Below are positions 20,753-29,682 of a stretch of DNA of 64,000 bases, in pieces (within the stretch, counting starts at the first letter, position 1; every line of letters begins with the position of its first letter). The stretch covers positions 6,184 through 70,183 of the IMG/VR virus record IMGVR_UViG_2974709037_000001. One strand, given 5' to 3'. The notes under the pieces are model-generated. The model saw only the letters and a program-made list of their open reading frames with translations, was not told the origin of the DNA and made no database searches. The stretch is from a virus (Duplodnaviria; Caudoviricetes). The translations under genes were made by a program, and so were the position numbers.

Positions 20753-21208
20753 TTGTTGGTATATGACGAGCAGTTGCCCGTACTGGATGACAGTTTTGAG
20801 GGTGACGAGGTTGTGCTACTAGCGGTGCGGGGCGGGAGGGTCGATAAGACCTTCCGCCGTAATTATGCGTGGGCTAAGCACGCGGCTGACACCGGAAAGC
20901 TAAAGCAGATCGTTGTTGTCGTGGCGCTTGGCCGGGACAGTTGGCTCCATACGGTGAGCGCGGTGACTTCGGCGCTGTCCGGGGCGAAGCTGCACCGTAA
21001 GGCGCGGTTCAAGGTCGACTCTGAGGTTTCGGAGATTGGCGGCGACAAGCTGACGAAGGTGTTGGCTGCGCTCGACGAGCTGGCCGCTCCGAAGCTCACT
21101 TTCTCGGTGGGGAACCTCGACGAGGTTAAGGCTGTGCGGCCTAAGCCGAAGCCGCCGGTCGTAGAGCCCAAGGGCGAAGACAAGGGCGAAGCTAAGGAAG
21201 GTGAGTAA
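20753..21208 (+). CDS. Hypothetical lysis-cassette protein
   Basis: Coupled ORF between lysB and holin. Confidence 0.55.
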   Translation: MLVYDEQLPVLDDSFEGDEVVLLAVRGGRVDKTFRRNYAWAKHAADTGKLKQIVVVVALGRDSWLHTVSAVTSALSGAKLHRKARFKVDSEVSEIGGDKLTKVLAALDELAAPKLTFSVGNLDEVKAVRPKPKPPVVEPKGEDKGEAKEGE

Positions 21209-21537
21209 TGAAGATTTTCGGGCACAAGCCCAGCGAGATTCGGAAGTCGATTGCAGGATTCGCGGCTGCCCTATTGGTGCTGCTAATCGCCCTGCCTGTA
21301 GCCGGATTGCCGGTTGCGGTCACGGCTGCGGTTGCAAGTGTGACCTCATTCCTCGTGGGGCTCAGCGTCTACCTGTCAAAGCCGAACGTGGTTGCGGTCA
21401 TTGACGCTGCGGACGAGCTGCCGGGGGACTATCCGGACGACCTAGAGGAACAGTTCAGGCCGATTATCGGTGTGGCTGTCGGGGTGGCTAAGAGCATCCT
21501 GGGCCGCATTACCGGCCTTCTATCTAAGAAGCCGTAA
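21208..21537 (+). CDS. Holin
   Basis: Two N-terminal hydrophobic helices; lysis cassette position. Confidence 0.7.
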   Translation: MKIFGHKPSEIRKSIAGFAAALLVLLIALPVAGLPVAVTAAVASVTSFLVGLSVYLSKPNVVAVIDAADELPGDYPDDLEEQFRPIIGVAVGVAKSILGRITGLLSKKP

Positions 21538-21543
21538 CCGCGC

Positions 21544-21963
21544 ATGGAAGCGGAGATTGTTAGGCTCCTGACGGAGCAGTGGCCGGGCTGGTTCCTGTTG
21601 ATAATCGCGGCCTTGTTCGGGGTGTACTTGGTAGTCCGTTTCCTGTCGCTAACTTTTGAGTCGGTGGGTAGGGCGCTGGGGCCGGTCGGGAAATTCTTCC
21701 GGCGTCGGCGCGCTATCACACATGCTGAGGCAGATGACATGCGGAAGCGAATCGCTTACCTAGATGAACGGGTAACGACGATGCTTTACCGCGACCAGTG
21801 TTATTTCGCGTACGTGTTGGCGGACACGGAGTGGCATCGCAGGCATGAGCTAAAGGCTGCGGCGTTGGGCTGGGTATTTGAGCCGCACATCTCGTTCCTT
21901 GAGTTCCGCGACAAGTGGATGCGCGAGCGTGGACTAGATAAGGAATTGGACATTTGGAAGTAA
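21544..21963 (+). CDS. Membrane protein (lysis-associated)
   Basis: One TM helix followed by a coiled segment. Confidence 0.6.
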   Translation: MEAEIVRLLTEQWPGWFLLIIAALFGVYLVVRFLSLTFESVGRALGPVGKFFRRRRAITHAEADDMRKRIAYLDERVTTMLYRDQCYFAYVLADTEWHRRHELKAAALGWVFEPHISFLEFRDKWMRERGLDKELDIWK

Positions 21964-22217
21964 CGGTTTACTCACCCTCGACGCCTTGCACGGGCTGTAT
22001 GGCTACTAAGCTCGCTCTAAAGAAAGCGGGCATCCCGTTTGAGGCGGTTATCGCCAACGATGAGCAGATCGAAAGGTTTAAGGCAGATGGTCATTCCGCG
22101 TTCCCGGTGGTTGTTGTCGACTTTGGCGACGGCGCTACGTGGACGTGGAGTGGTTATCGACACGACGACATTAACCGGCTAAAGGAATTGCGGCAGGATA
22201 AGCCACTTGCGGCTTAA
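21954..22217 (+). CDS. nrdH: NrdH-like glutaredoxin
   Basis: [14 protein letters not shown]...FPVVVV...WSGYR. Confidence 0.85.
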   Translation: MEVTVYSPSTPCTGCMATKLALKKAGIPFEAVIANDEQIERFKADGHSAFPVVVVDFGDGATWTWSGYRHDDINRLKELRQDKPLAA

Positions 22218-22225
22218 AATAGACT

Positions 22226-22282
22226 CGGGCACTCGCGCTCCCCTCTTTCCCCTGGGGTTGAGCGCGGGTGCCCGTCTTTTTT
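22226..22282 (+). terminator. Intrinsic terminator ending the late operon
   Basis: CGGGCACTCGCGCTC/GAGCGCGGGTGCCCG stem followed by TCTTTTTT. Confidence 0.8.
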
Positions 22283-22406
22283 ACGTTTAGGTTAGTTTGC
22301 TAGGCTAAGGGAGAGGACCGCTCAGTGTCGGCCAACCGATCCCCTCCGTAAGCACACGTTACCGACGATCTTGTGCTTGTCAAAATGACAGCGCGTGTAC
22401 TGTGGC

Positions 22407-22736
22407 TTACGCAGAGACCGGCTTACGGCCTCTAACGACTGCTGCGCCAATGACGGTCAGCACCCCGACTCCCACTAGGCCGTAGAACACGAACCGGTAT
22501 GGCGCTAGCTTCTCGACGCACTGCCCGGCAAGGCTGTCGCCGGACGCTCCGTAGCGCATCCGGTTCTGGATGTCGCGGTTAGCGGCCTCGTCGCTCACAG
22601 GGTGGACGTAGTTGCCGCACTGAACGCTGCCGTAGTTGGTTGGCACGGACGGGCTGTACTGGCTCACGTACAGCCCTGCCGCGACGAGGATCACACCGAC
22701 GATGCCGACGAACCATCTGGGATTCATGCGGCGCAT
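22407..22736 (-). CDS. Membrane protein (2 TM)
   Basis: Hydrophobic N- and C-terminal helices, Cys pair in the loop. Confidence 0.7.
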   Translation of the reverse strand: MRRMNPRWFVGIVGVILVAAGLYVSQYSPSVPTNYGSVQCGNYVHPVSDEAANRDIQNRMRYGASGDSLAGQCVEKLAPYRFVFYGLVGVGVLTVIGAAVVRGRKPVSA

Positions 22737-23461
22737 CCTAACCGTTGCCAGGCGTCCTGATGGGTCCGAATGAGCCAGCGGTTGATCTTGGCGTAGTCGG
22801 GGTGCTCCGGGAGGCTCGTGGTGGCCTCAGCGGCTTGGATGAAGCCCCGCCAGTCCGCGATGTCCTCTAGGGCCTGTTCCTTGGGCACCTGGCCGTTGCG
22901 GACGCTCAGCAGGTAGTCGCGGCGCAGCTCTTGCATGGGCATCTGCATGTACCCGGTGGTCAGCATTTCGTGGCCCTGCATTAGTAGCCGGATAGCGTGG
23001 AACGCGGCCTTGGTGTCGTAGCCGTGCTTAGCGATCAGCTCGGGCCGGTTGGTCCGGGGAGCTTTCTGGCCGGTGAGCCGGGCAGCCATGTTGTCGGCGT
23101 ATCCGATGTGCCGGTCAACGAGCCGCTTAGACAGGAACATGTAGCGGTTAGCCTGCAAGCCGATGTGATCCGGCACCGTGAGGTTTGGGGTGTACAGCAA
23201 AGTTAAAACCGTAGGGTTGCCCTGTGCGGCGAGCTTCGCGTACTTACGCAAGCCGTAATAGGTGGTCTCACTGTCACCCGCCTCAGACTTGACGCCTTCG
23301 GGCTTGTCCCGGTCGCGCACCGCGCCAGTCTCAGCCGCGAGGCCGATTAGCGATTCCGGCGGGTCCAGATAGATGCCGATGTAGTCGTGGTCTGAGTCTT
23401 CGTTGTGCAGGCCGTGTGCGAATGACCCGATTTCGCCCACGATCACTGGATTAATCTCCAT
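22724..23461 (-). CDS. Nucleotidyltransferase (pol-beta fold, PF10127-like)
   Basis: GSFAHGLHNEDSDHDYIGIY; GNPT; GYDTKAAFHAIRLL; ATG at 23461 with GGGGAG RBS. Confidence 0.85.
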   Translation of the reverse strand: MEINPVIVGEIGSFAHGLHNEDSDHDYIGIYLDPPESLIGLAAETGAVRDRDKPEGVKSEAGDSETTYYGLRKYAKLAAQGNPTVLTLLYTPNLTVPDHIGLQANRYMFLSKRLVDRHIGYADNMAARLTGQKAPRTNRPELIAKHGYDTKAAFHAIRLLMQGHEMLTTGYMQMPMQELRRDYLLSVRNGQVPKEQALEDIADWRGFIQAAEATTSLPEHPDYAKINRWLIRTHQDAWQRLGCAA

Positions 23462-23541
23462 GTGCTCCCCCTTAACGTAAGCTGGCCCTGGTGCGCCCCC
23501 TCCCAAGAGCGACACCAGGGCCAGCGATGCGGTTGGTCCTG

Positions 23542-24003
23542 TTAAGACTGACCGGCAGCTGAAAATGCCGGTTCATCTTTCTTCACGGTCGGCGCTTTCT
23601 TCGCTGGCGCTTTCTTCGCGGGTTCCGGCTTGGCCTCCGTGATGTCGTCGCCCTCCGGTGAGCCAGCGGCTTTCCATGCCCGCACAATCTCTGCGGAGAC
23701 GCGGCCCTTTGTGCTCACGTCGGGGAAGCCGTTGCCCTTGGCCCACTTGCGGATATCTGCGAGCGGGAGGCCCGGTTCCCCTCCGGAGTGGGTAACGCTT
23801 CTGGCGCGTCGGGTCCGGCTGGATTTTCCGATGCGCTGTGCGACCTCGGTCCACTTAGCCTGGTCCGCGTCGAACTGCTTAGCGTTCTTCTCGGATAGGT
23901 CCAGGTGGTAGTCGACGCCATCCACCGTGAACTCACGTTCTACTTCGGCTTCAAGCTCCGGCTCGAAGTCGTCGAACAGGGTGACGGTGACTTTCTTACC
24001 CAT
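23542..24003 (-). CDS. lsr2: Lsr2-like DNA-bridging protein
   Basis: MGKKVTVTLFDD...FTVDGVDYHLDLSEKNA; IRKWAKGNG..VSTKGRVSAEI. Confidence 0.9.
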   Translation of the reverse strand: MGKKVTVTLFDDFEPELEAEVEREFTVDGVDYHLDLSEKNAKQFDADQAKWTEVAQRIGKSSRTRRARSVTHSGGEPGLPLADIRKWAKGNGFPDVSTKGRVSAEIVRAWKAAGSPEGDDITEAKPEPAKKAPAKKAPTVKKDEPAFSAAGQS

Positions 24004-24054
24004 GTCGCTAATCCTTTCGTGTCGAGTACGTGCTGTGTACACACACTAAGCGGG

Positions 24055-24360
24055 CTAGTTGGTGTTAGTCAACTGCTGTTGTTTACAAGTGGTGAGTTTC
24101 GCCCGTAGGAGCCGTACAGATTCCGCGCTCATGTAGCCGATTTCAACTGCGCCAAGCTTGATGGCTTCTCGCCGTTTGGTGTCGGTTACGTCATAGTGAG
24201 ATTTCCAGGTGCCGGGGTATTGCGCCCATGAGCGCCGAAGTCCCAGCTTGAAGGCGAATGCGTGAAGCTCGGCGTCGGTATCGGCCATGAGGTGTGACCA
24301 GCGTGCGTTTATGCGTCCGACGCGTGCGGGCATCCTCATGTCATCGACGTAGACGGTCAT
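24055..24360 (-). CDS. DUF4031-family protein
   Basis: VYVDD...WSHLMADTDAELHAFA...HYDVT. Confidence 0.85.
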   Translation of the reverse strand: MTVYVDDMRMPARVGRINARWSHLMADTDAELHAFAFKLGLRRSWAQYPGTWKSHYDVTDTKRREAIKLGAVEIGYMSAESVRLLRAKLTTCKQQQLTNTN

Positions 24361-24635
24361 GCGCGCGTTTGCCTCCTACCGCACTTAGGTAACCACGAGT
24401 TCTTTGAACTGTTCACTTACTCAACGTGAGTTGCGATACGAGAGAGTGTTTTAGTTCTTGTTTTCTTGACCCCGTGCTCAAGGTGACGCTAGGTGGGTTG
24501 TTGTCGTTACCTAGCCGGGAACGGTACTAGCGACGATCCCTTTACGAGGATCGGCTTTTTTGCGACCTAGCGGAAGTTATAAGAACTTTCTCATGGAACC
24601 CACAGGGTGGGGGTGCCCCACGAACGTCTCCGCAG

Positions 24636-24884
24636 GTACACGCCCTGTACGGCCCTGACCTGCATGGACGACGTTCTTAGTTGACACTTTTGTTGACACC
24701 TAGCGGCGAAAAGCCTCTGACCTGCATGTTCTTAGCCGCATCAGCGGATTAAAAGTCCGTAGAGGTGGGTGCTATCCTCCCTGTTGGGATATGTCAAACA
24801 CGCAGTTAAGCGACGTTTAGGATGCCTGTGCAGGCGGATGCAGGCACCGCGTAGTTGACACCCATTGTTGACACTAGTTGACAC
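24636..24884. other. attP: core about 24744-24762 with arm-type integrase sites
   Basis: GTTGACAC at 24680, 24692, 24854, 24867 and 24877 flank a core whose reverse complement CTACGGACTTTTAATCCGC is a tRNA-Lys(TTT) anticodon arm; next to int. Confidence 0.75.
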
Positions 24885-24898
24885 CTGGGAGGGTTCAA

Positions 24899-26206
24899 GT
24901 GGCCGAAAGCGAAGCGAAAACTAAGAGGCGTCCAAGGGGTGACGGAGGTCTCACTTTCGACCCCAAGCGCGACCTGTACATCGGCAGCGTGTGGGACAAG
25001 TGGCCGGACGGAAGGCCGCGCCAGCGCCGCGTCTCGTCAAAGAAAGAATCGGTCGCCCTAGTGAAGCTGAACAAGCTTCGCGCCGAAGTTCTCAGCGGCA
25101 AGGCAGCGACCACAAACAAGACCACAACGGTTGCCGAGTGGCTAGACGAGTGGCTGGTGATCAAAAAGGCTGAGGTTCGACCCAAGACGTACAAGAGCTA
25201 CGAACTCGCGGTCCGGCTCTACATCAAGCCGCACATCGGCCACATCCGGCTATCCAAGCTGACGGCGGCTGACGTGCGCGACATGCAGACGGCAGTCCAG
25301 AAGGGGACCAAGACCACCAAGGGGTCGACGCGGAGCGCTCAGAAGGCCCACCAGACGCTAAACATGGCCCTTGAACAAGCCGTCAGCGACGAGCGTCTGC
25401 ACCGCAACCCGTGTGTGGCTGTGAAGTTCCCCAAGCACGTAAAGAAAAAGCGCGGGGTTTTCGAGACGAGCGCGGCGGTTCACATTTTGCGGACGGCGGC
25501 GAAGCGTGACGACGAGGACAACCCTAAGCGGCCTAAGCTCGCGTCCCGGTGGGTGGCCGCGTTTATGACGGGCGCGCGTCAGGCTGAGTGCATCGGCCTA
25601 GAACTGGACCGTATCGACTTCAAGCGCGACGTTATGGACATCTCGTGGCAGTTGCAGCGGCTGGAATACGAGCACGGGTGCGGCGAGGCCGACGCTGACG
25701 GCATGTACCCGTGTAGGCGGGTGCGAGTCGGATACTGCCCGGCCCGCAAGTTCAATCCTCCACCCGGATTTGAGTACCGGCCCTGTCACCATTCGCTGTT
25801 CTGGACCCGGCCCAAGAGCTACGCCGGAGAGCGGGAGGTTCCTATGGCTCCACTGCTGAAAGAGTCACTTAAGGTCCATATCAAGATGGACAAAGACCCG
25901 AACCCTTACGGGCTGGTGTGGCATCACCGCGACGGCAGGCCGATAAGCCAAGAGGACGATAACGAGCAGTGGAACATGCTCATGGCTGCCGCTGGTGTCG
26001 ATAAGAAATCCGGTGAGGCCCTGTTGCATGAGGCCCGAAATACGTCAGCGACGATGCTTCTAGAGTCGGGTGTCGACGTTAGGGTCATCCAGCAGATTTT
26101 GGGTCACGCGTCGATCTTGCAGACGCGGGAGTATCAGCGGGTCAGTTTGGAGCTGAGCAAGAGCGCCGTGAGCAACGCGTTCGACGCTCTGCTGCCGAAC
26201 GTTTAG
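24899..26206 (+). CDS. int: Tyrosine integrase
   Basis: TGARQAE, LHEARNT, LGHASILQTREY catalytic motifs; GTG at 24899 after GGAGG. Confidence 0.95.
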   Translation: MAESEAKTKRRPRGDGGLTFDPKRDLYIGSVWDKWPDGRPRQRRVSSKKESVALVKLNKLRAEVLSGKAATTNKTTTVAEWLDEWLVIKKAEVRPKTYKSYELAVRLYIKPHIGHIRLSKLTAADVRDMQTAVQKGTKTTKGSTRSAQKAHQTLNMALEQAVSDERLHRNPCVAVKFPKHVKKKRGVFETSAAVHILRTAAKRDDEDNPKRPKLASRWVAAFMTGARQAECIGLELDRIDFKRDVMDISWQLQRLEYEHGCGEADADGMYPCRRVRVGYCPARKFNPPPGFEYRPCHHSLFWTRPKSYAGEREVPMAPLLKESLKVHIKMDKDPNPYGLVWHHRDGRPISQEDDNEQWNMLMAAAGVDKKSGEALLHEARNTSATMLLESGVDVRVIQQILGHASILQTREYQRVSLELSKSAVSNAFDALLPNV

Positions 26207-26991
26207 ACCGCGCCGTCGAGCTGCTTAGGCGCAGGGGCCTTAGCCTTGCGCTTAAGCGGCTTTTGGCGGCGGATCGTGCGCCATACGTGAGCCTTCATGT
26301 ACCGGAGCTTCCGACGCCATGAGAACGCTGAGCCGAGCATTAGCAGGATCGCGCCGATAGTGGCGAGACGCCAGCCCCAGTTATTGGTCAAGCTGAGTGA
26401 CACAACGTACCGGGAGGACCAGGCGAGAATGGCTAGGGCGAACGCAATCATGTACACGTCGACCACCAGGTGAGAGCGACTGTCGCTAGTCCGGATGCAC
26501 CACAGAAGCCAGCACACATTGCTTAGTAGCCAGATATAGCCGACGAAAACGATGGGATACACAACCCATTGATCACCCGTTACCCACGCGCCTAACAGTG
26601 TTGGCACTGCAACGGTGCTAGGAATTGAGATGCGACTGGCGATGTACCAGTGCTTCTTTTCGCCGGTCCAATCCATGCGTGCGGCCAGGTCGGTAAGGAA
26701 CGTCGCGTACGCAGCCATAAGCACGATGTGTCCGGCCATAAGTTGCGGGTAGACGTTGCCGCCATCAAGCGAATCTGGGATGAACGGGTTAAGGGCAATC
26801 AAGTTCGGGGACAATAGAACTAGAGCTACACACATGAGCGCGCCGGTAAGCGTGGCTCCGGTTTCCCACCGTATGCGCCACGTTCGCCGCCTAACGGTCT
26901 GAGACGCGATTGTGGCCGCGATGAGCAGCACCATAAGGGCTAGGTCTGCGGGAGGTACAACAGCAGCGACGTGGCTGAGTTGAGCGATCAT
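26203..26991 (-). CDS. Multi-pass membrane protein
   Basis: About seven hydrophobic segments; downstream of the repressor. Confidence 0.75.
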   Translation of the reverse strand: MIAQLSHVAAVVPPADLALMVLLIAATIASQTVRRRTWRIRWETGATLTGALMCVALVLLSPNLIALNPFIPDSLDGGNVYPQLMAGHIVLMAAYATFLTDLAARMDWTGEKKHWYIASRISIPSTVAVPTLLGAWVTGDQWVVYPIVFVGYIWLLSNVCWLLWCIRTSDSRSHLVVDVYMIAFALAILAWSSRYVVSLSLTNNWGWRLATIGAILLMLGSAFSWRRKLRYMKAHVWRTIRRQKPLKRKAKAPAPKQLDGAV

Positions 26992-27167
26992 GCGGCGTGA
27001 GCCTTTACAAACAAGGGCTTTTGTTCAGCCCGAAAGGGAGGGGAGGTAACACGTCCATCGCCTTTGCGGCTCAGTGTGTTACACGCAATGTACGCACACC
27101 CATGCGCGCCCGTCAATATGGAGTTTTCAAGTAGCGAAAAATACGGCCTGAACAGCCCGAAGGCGCG

Positions 27168-27551
27168 TCACAGAGGGGGGATATCTGTGCGCGCCTTCGG
27201 CTTATTCGTCGTCCGAGGTTTCTGTCTTCGGACCACTTTCAAGATCGTTGCCTTTGGAGGGTCCAACGTTTCCTCGTCGTCCGCGACTACTTCCCCCTCA
27301 CGCTCTAGGTAAGTGATCAACTCATCCTTAGTTAGGTGCCCGAAAAGCACCTGTAGCGCCACCTTGTCCAGGCCGAAGTAGTCGGCCACGGTCATTAGGT
27401 TGTCGAGGCTATTGAGGACGCCCTTCTCCTTCTGCTCATAGAAGGTTGAGCTGGACATTCCGAGTGCAGAGAGCATCTCCTTCATGCGTACCTGGCGGTT
27501 CAGCATCCAGGACACCGTGACTAACAGGTCTCGTTCTTCATTGGCCGACAT
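27168..27551 (-). CDS. Immunity repressor (HTH), probably leaderless
   Basis: MLSALGMSSSTFY HTH; divergent from cro-like gene; CATACT -10 seven nt before the ATG. Confidence 0.7.
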   Translation of the reverse strand: MSANEERDLLVTVSWMLNRQVRMKEMLSALGMSSSTFYEQKEKGVLNSLDNLMTVADYFGLDKVALQVLFGHLTKDELITYLEREGEVVADDEETLDPPKATILKVVRRQKPRTTNKPKARTDIPPL

Positions 27552-27563
27552 GCCGATAAGTAT

Positions 27564-27649
27564 GTCGGGTTTTCCGGACTGGCACAACCACCCCGGACCT
27601 GCAAGAACGGAACTACATCGGTGTAATTTTGTCCGGCTTTCCGGACAAA
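27564..27649. promoter_or_regulatory. Genetic-switch operators
   Basis: Palindrome TTTGTCCGG-CTTT-CCGGACAAA at 27628-27649; variant GTCGGGTTTTCCGGAC at 27564-27579. Confidence 0.7.
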
Positions 27650-27671
27650 TAGATGACGAGACCGGACCGTT

Positions 27672-27989
27672 ATGTGTATGTTTCATCTCGTGCCGATCAC
27701 AACTTCTCCCAACGCCAGCTACAAGATCGAGTGGATTCCCGAAGCTGTCGAGAACCTGCTCCACAACCACGACATTCTGAACCGAACCGAACTAGCCAAG
27801 AAGATCAATCTGTCCAGGTCAACCGTCTACGAAGCGTTCGCCGAGGATTGGTCAGGCCGGGCCAGCATGAAGGTTCTGGAAGCGATGTGTGGACACTTCC
27901 GCGTCCCCCTTAGCCGGATCGTTACGGAGCCTGGCCGAGCCAGCGCACAGGCCCGAGTGCGTCGGTCGAGTGTCCGGAAATCCGTGTGA
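27672..27989 (+). CDS. Cro-like HTH protein
   Basis: NRTELAKKINLSRSTVY HTH; divergent from repressor. Confidence 0.75.
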   Translation: MCMFHLVPITTSPNASYKIEWIPEAVENLLHNHDILNRTELAKKINLSRSTVYEAFAEDWSGRASMKVLEAMCGHFRVPLSRIVTEPGRASAQARVRRSSVRKSV

Positions 27990-28201
27990 CTGCATCCACA
28001 GCGGTACTTGCCGATGAACCGGACCGCTTACTCGTCACCCGACCGGAGGCCGCGCGAATCCTGTCCCTGAGTCTCAGGGAGGTTGACAACCTGCGGGTGA
28101 GCGGTCGCCTGATGGCTAAGAAGCACGGAGCCAAGGTGCTATTCCCGGTCAAAGAACTCGAACGCTTCGCTAACGACCTGCCCTGGGAGGTAGACCAGTG
28201 A
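27986..28201 (+). CDS. Excisionase-like HTH protein
   Basis: LLVTRPEAARILSLS...GAKVLFPVKELERF. Confidence 0.75.
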   Translation: MTASTAVLADEPDRLLVTRPEAARILSLSLREVDNLRVSGRLMAKKHGAKVLFPVKELERFANDLPWEVDQ

Positions 28202-28482
28202 CCACGAAAGTTGACGGCGATTGGCTGCCACCGTTCGCCGCCGCGCTTGACCGCATAACGCCCGGTGTCACAGTCGATGCCGACATGGAAACGTGCATGA
28301 AGCTGGACGACGGAATGTGGATCACCACAAGCGGCTTCTATATGACTTCCGCGCAGGTAGCGGATCAGCACGGACCTTACGACATTCCTGCATCTAATCC
28401 CGCTGCGGAGATTCTGGACTGGGCGCTCCCCGCCGAAGTGGACAAGTTCGTTGACGAGTACGACGAGGACAACGACGAATGA
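28198..28482 (+). CDS. Hypothetical protein
   Basis: Coupled ORF. Confidence 0.6.
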   Translation: MTTKVDGDWLPPFAAALDRITPGVTVDADMETCMKLDDGMWITTSGFYMTSAQVADQHGPYDIPASNPAAEILDWALPAEVDKFVDEYDEDNDE

Positions 28483-28841
28483 TGTCCAGCCTTACCGAAC
28501 CCGATGCCGAAGCGGTCGAAGAACTTAAGGCCGCGTTAGAGCGGTTAAGAAAGGACGGATGGAACCGTGGAAAGTTTCACGATGTCATCACAGGCAAGTG
28601 CTGTGCTCTTGGGGCGTTCGGGAACGCGTTCCCAACCGATTCACCCGGAGTCGCTTACCTCGCTTACGCAATCCGGAGCCGTAAGGGTGGGCACCCATAC
28701 CCACCGGACATGCCGGATATGTCCGTCGTCATTCGTTTCAACGATGCACACGGGCGTAAGTGGGCCGAAGTGGAAACCGTCTTTCTCGATGCAATCCGTT
28801 ACGCGGAGGGTAAGGGCGTTCACGTCCGATCAAGTGCTTAG
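28479..28841 (+). CDS. Hypothetical protein (CALGA...FND motif family)
   Basis: GW..G...KCCALGA...RFNDAHGR. Confidence 0.6.
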   Translation: MMSSLTEPDAEAVEELKAALERLRKDGWNRGKFHDVITGKCCALGAFGNAFPTDSPGVAYLAYAIRSRKGGHPYPPDMPDMSVVIRFNDAHGRKWAEVETVFLDAIRYAEGKGVHVRSSA

Positions 28842-29012
28842 AGACAACGTTGTCTGTGTGGTGTCTCTGCTGGTGCTGGTCCTGTTCGGGGCGTTCATCC
28901 TGAATGCGTGGTTCGCGGGATGGTGACCTTGAATACAGCCTATGTACTGGACTCTCGTTTAACTTCCGAAACGTCAGCCTCACCCCTAGACTGGTTTATA
29001 GAGGGGGAGGGG

Positions 29013-29336
29013 ATGAAAAAGTTTCGGGACGTGATCAACGAAACGCGAAGGGTAGTGATGACTAACCCGCTGGGCCGGAATAAGACTCCGGACTATACCA
29101 GCGCGGATGGAAAGCCTTGCTGCATCTTTGGTCACGTCTTGAAACGGCTGGGAATCGGTATCGCAGGTTGGGAACCGATTAACAGCGTCACCTTCGCTGA
29201 CCTGCCTTGGAACGATTGGGGGTTCGAGGAACCGAATGCCTATCAACTCCTTTGGATCACCAACGTTCAAGCTAACGCAGATAACGGGGATGCTTGGGTT
29301 ATCGCTGTAGCGATGGCTGACGCAACCCTGATCTAA
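29013..29336 (+). CDS. Hypothetical protein
   Basis: GGGGGAGG RBS before ATG at 29013. Confidence 0.6.
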   Translation: MKKFRDVINETRRVVMTNPLGRNKTPDYTSADGKPCCIFGHVLKRLGIGIAGWEPINSVTFADLPWNDWGFEEPNAYQLLWITNVQANADNGDAWVIAVAMADATLI

Positions 29337-29573
29337 CCAGACTCCCGAGAGCGCGGGTTATCGCTCCCGAGGCTACGGACGGTAAGCCGTGGCGGATAAA
29401 TCAAATATAGCTGTCACTTACGAATTAACTCCGTTGTCGGAGGGTCCGTGTTTAGCGTCCGGGCCGCAGAGTGGTTCGCCTGCAAGTAAGCCAGCATTGA
29501 ATACGTGTGTATATCGCACGACGAACCGGTCCCCCCACCCGCTATGGGTGGGGCAGCCGGAGAAGTGCGGGTA

Positions 29574-29682
29574 GCGATATGCGGTTGGTACCTGAGGGTG
29601 ACCGCATGAAAACGCTCTGGCGGGGTCCGTGGCCGTATCTACGGGTCAGAGCATCCAGGTTCGATTCCTGGGTATCGCACCA
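29574..29682 (+). ncRNA. Non-canonical tRNA-like RNA ending in ACCA
   Basis: Acceptor GCGATAT/GTATCGC, T-arm CCAGG-TTCGATT-CCTGG, ACCA end; D and anticodon arms replaced by other hairpins. Confidence 0.7.

Noticed and set aside
24636-24650. GTACA-N5-TGTAC as a LexA SOS box
   Set aside because: Does not match the mycobacterial TCGAAC-N4-GTTCGA consensus
24878-24898. Integrase start at TTG 24878
   Set aside because: It lies inside an arm-type repeat; GTG 24899 has a GGAGG RBS
29574-29682. tmRNA
   Set aside because: Only 109 nt, no G3:U70 pair and no tag reading frame between the acceptor strands
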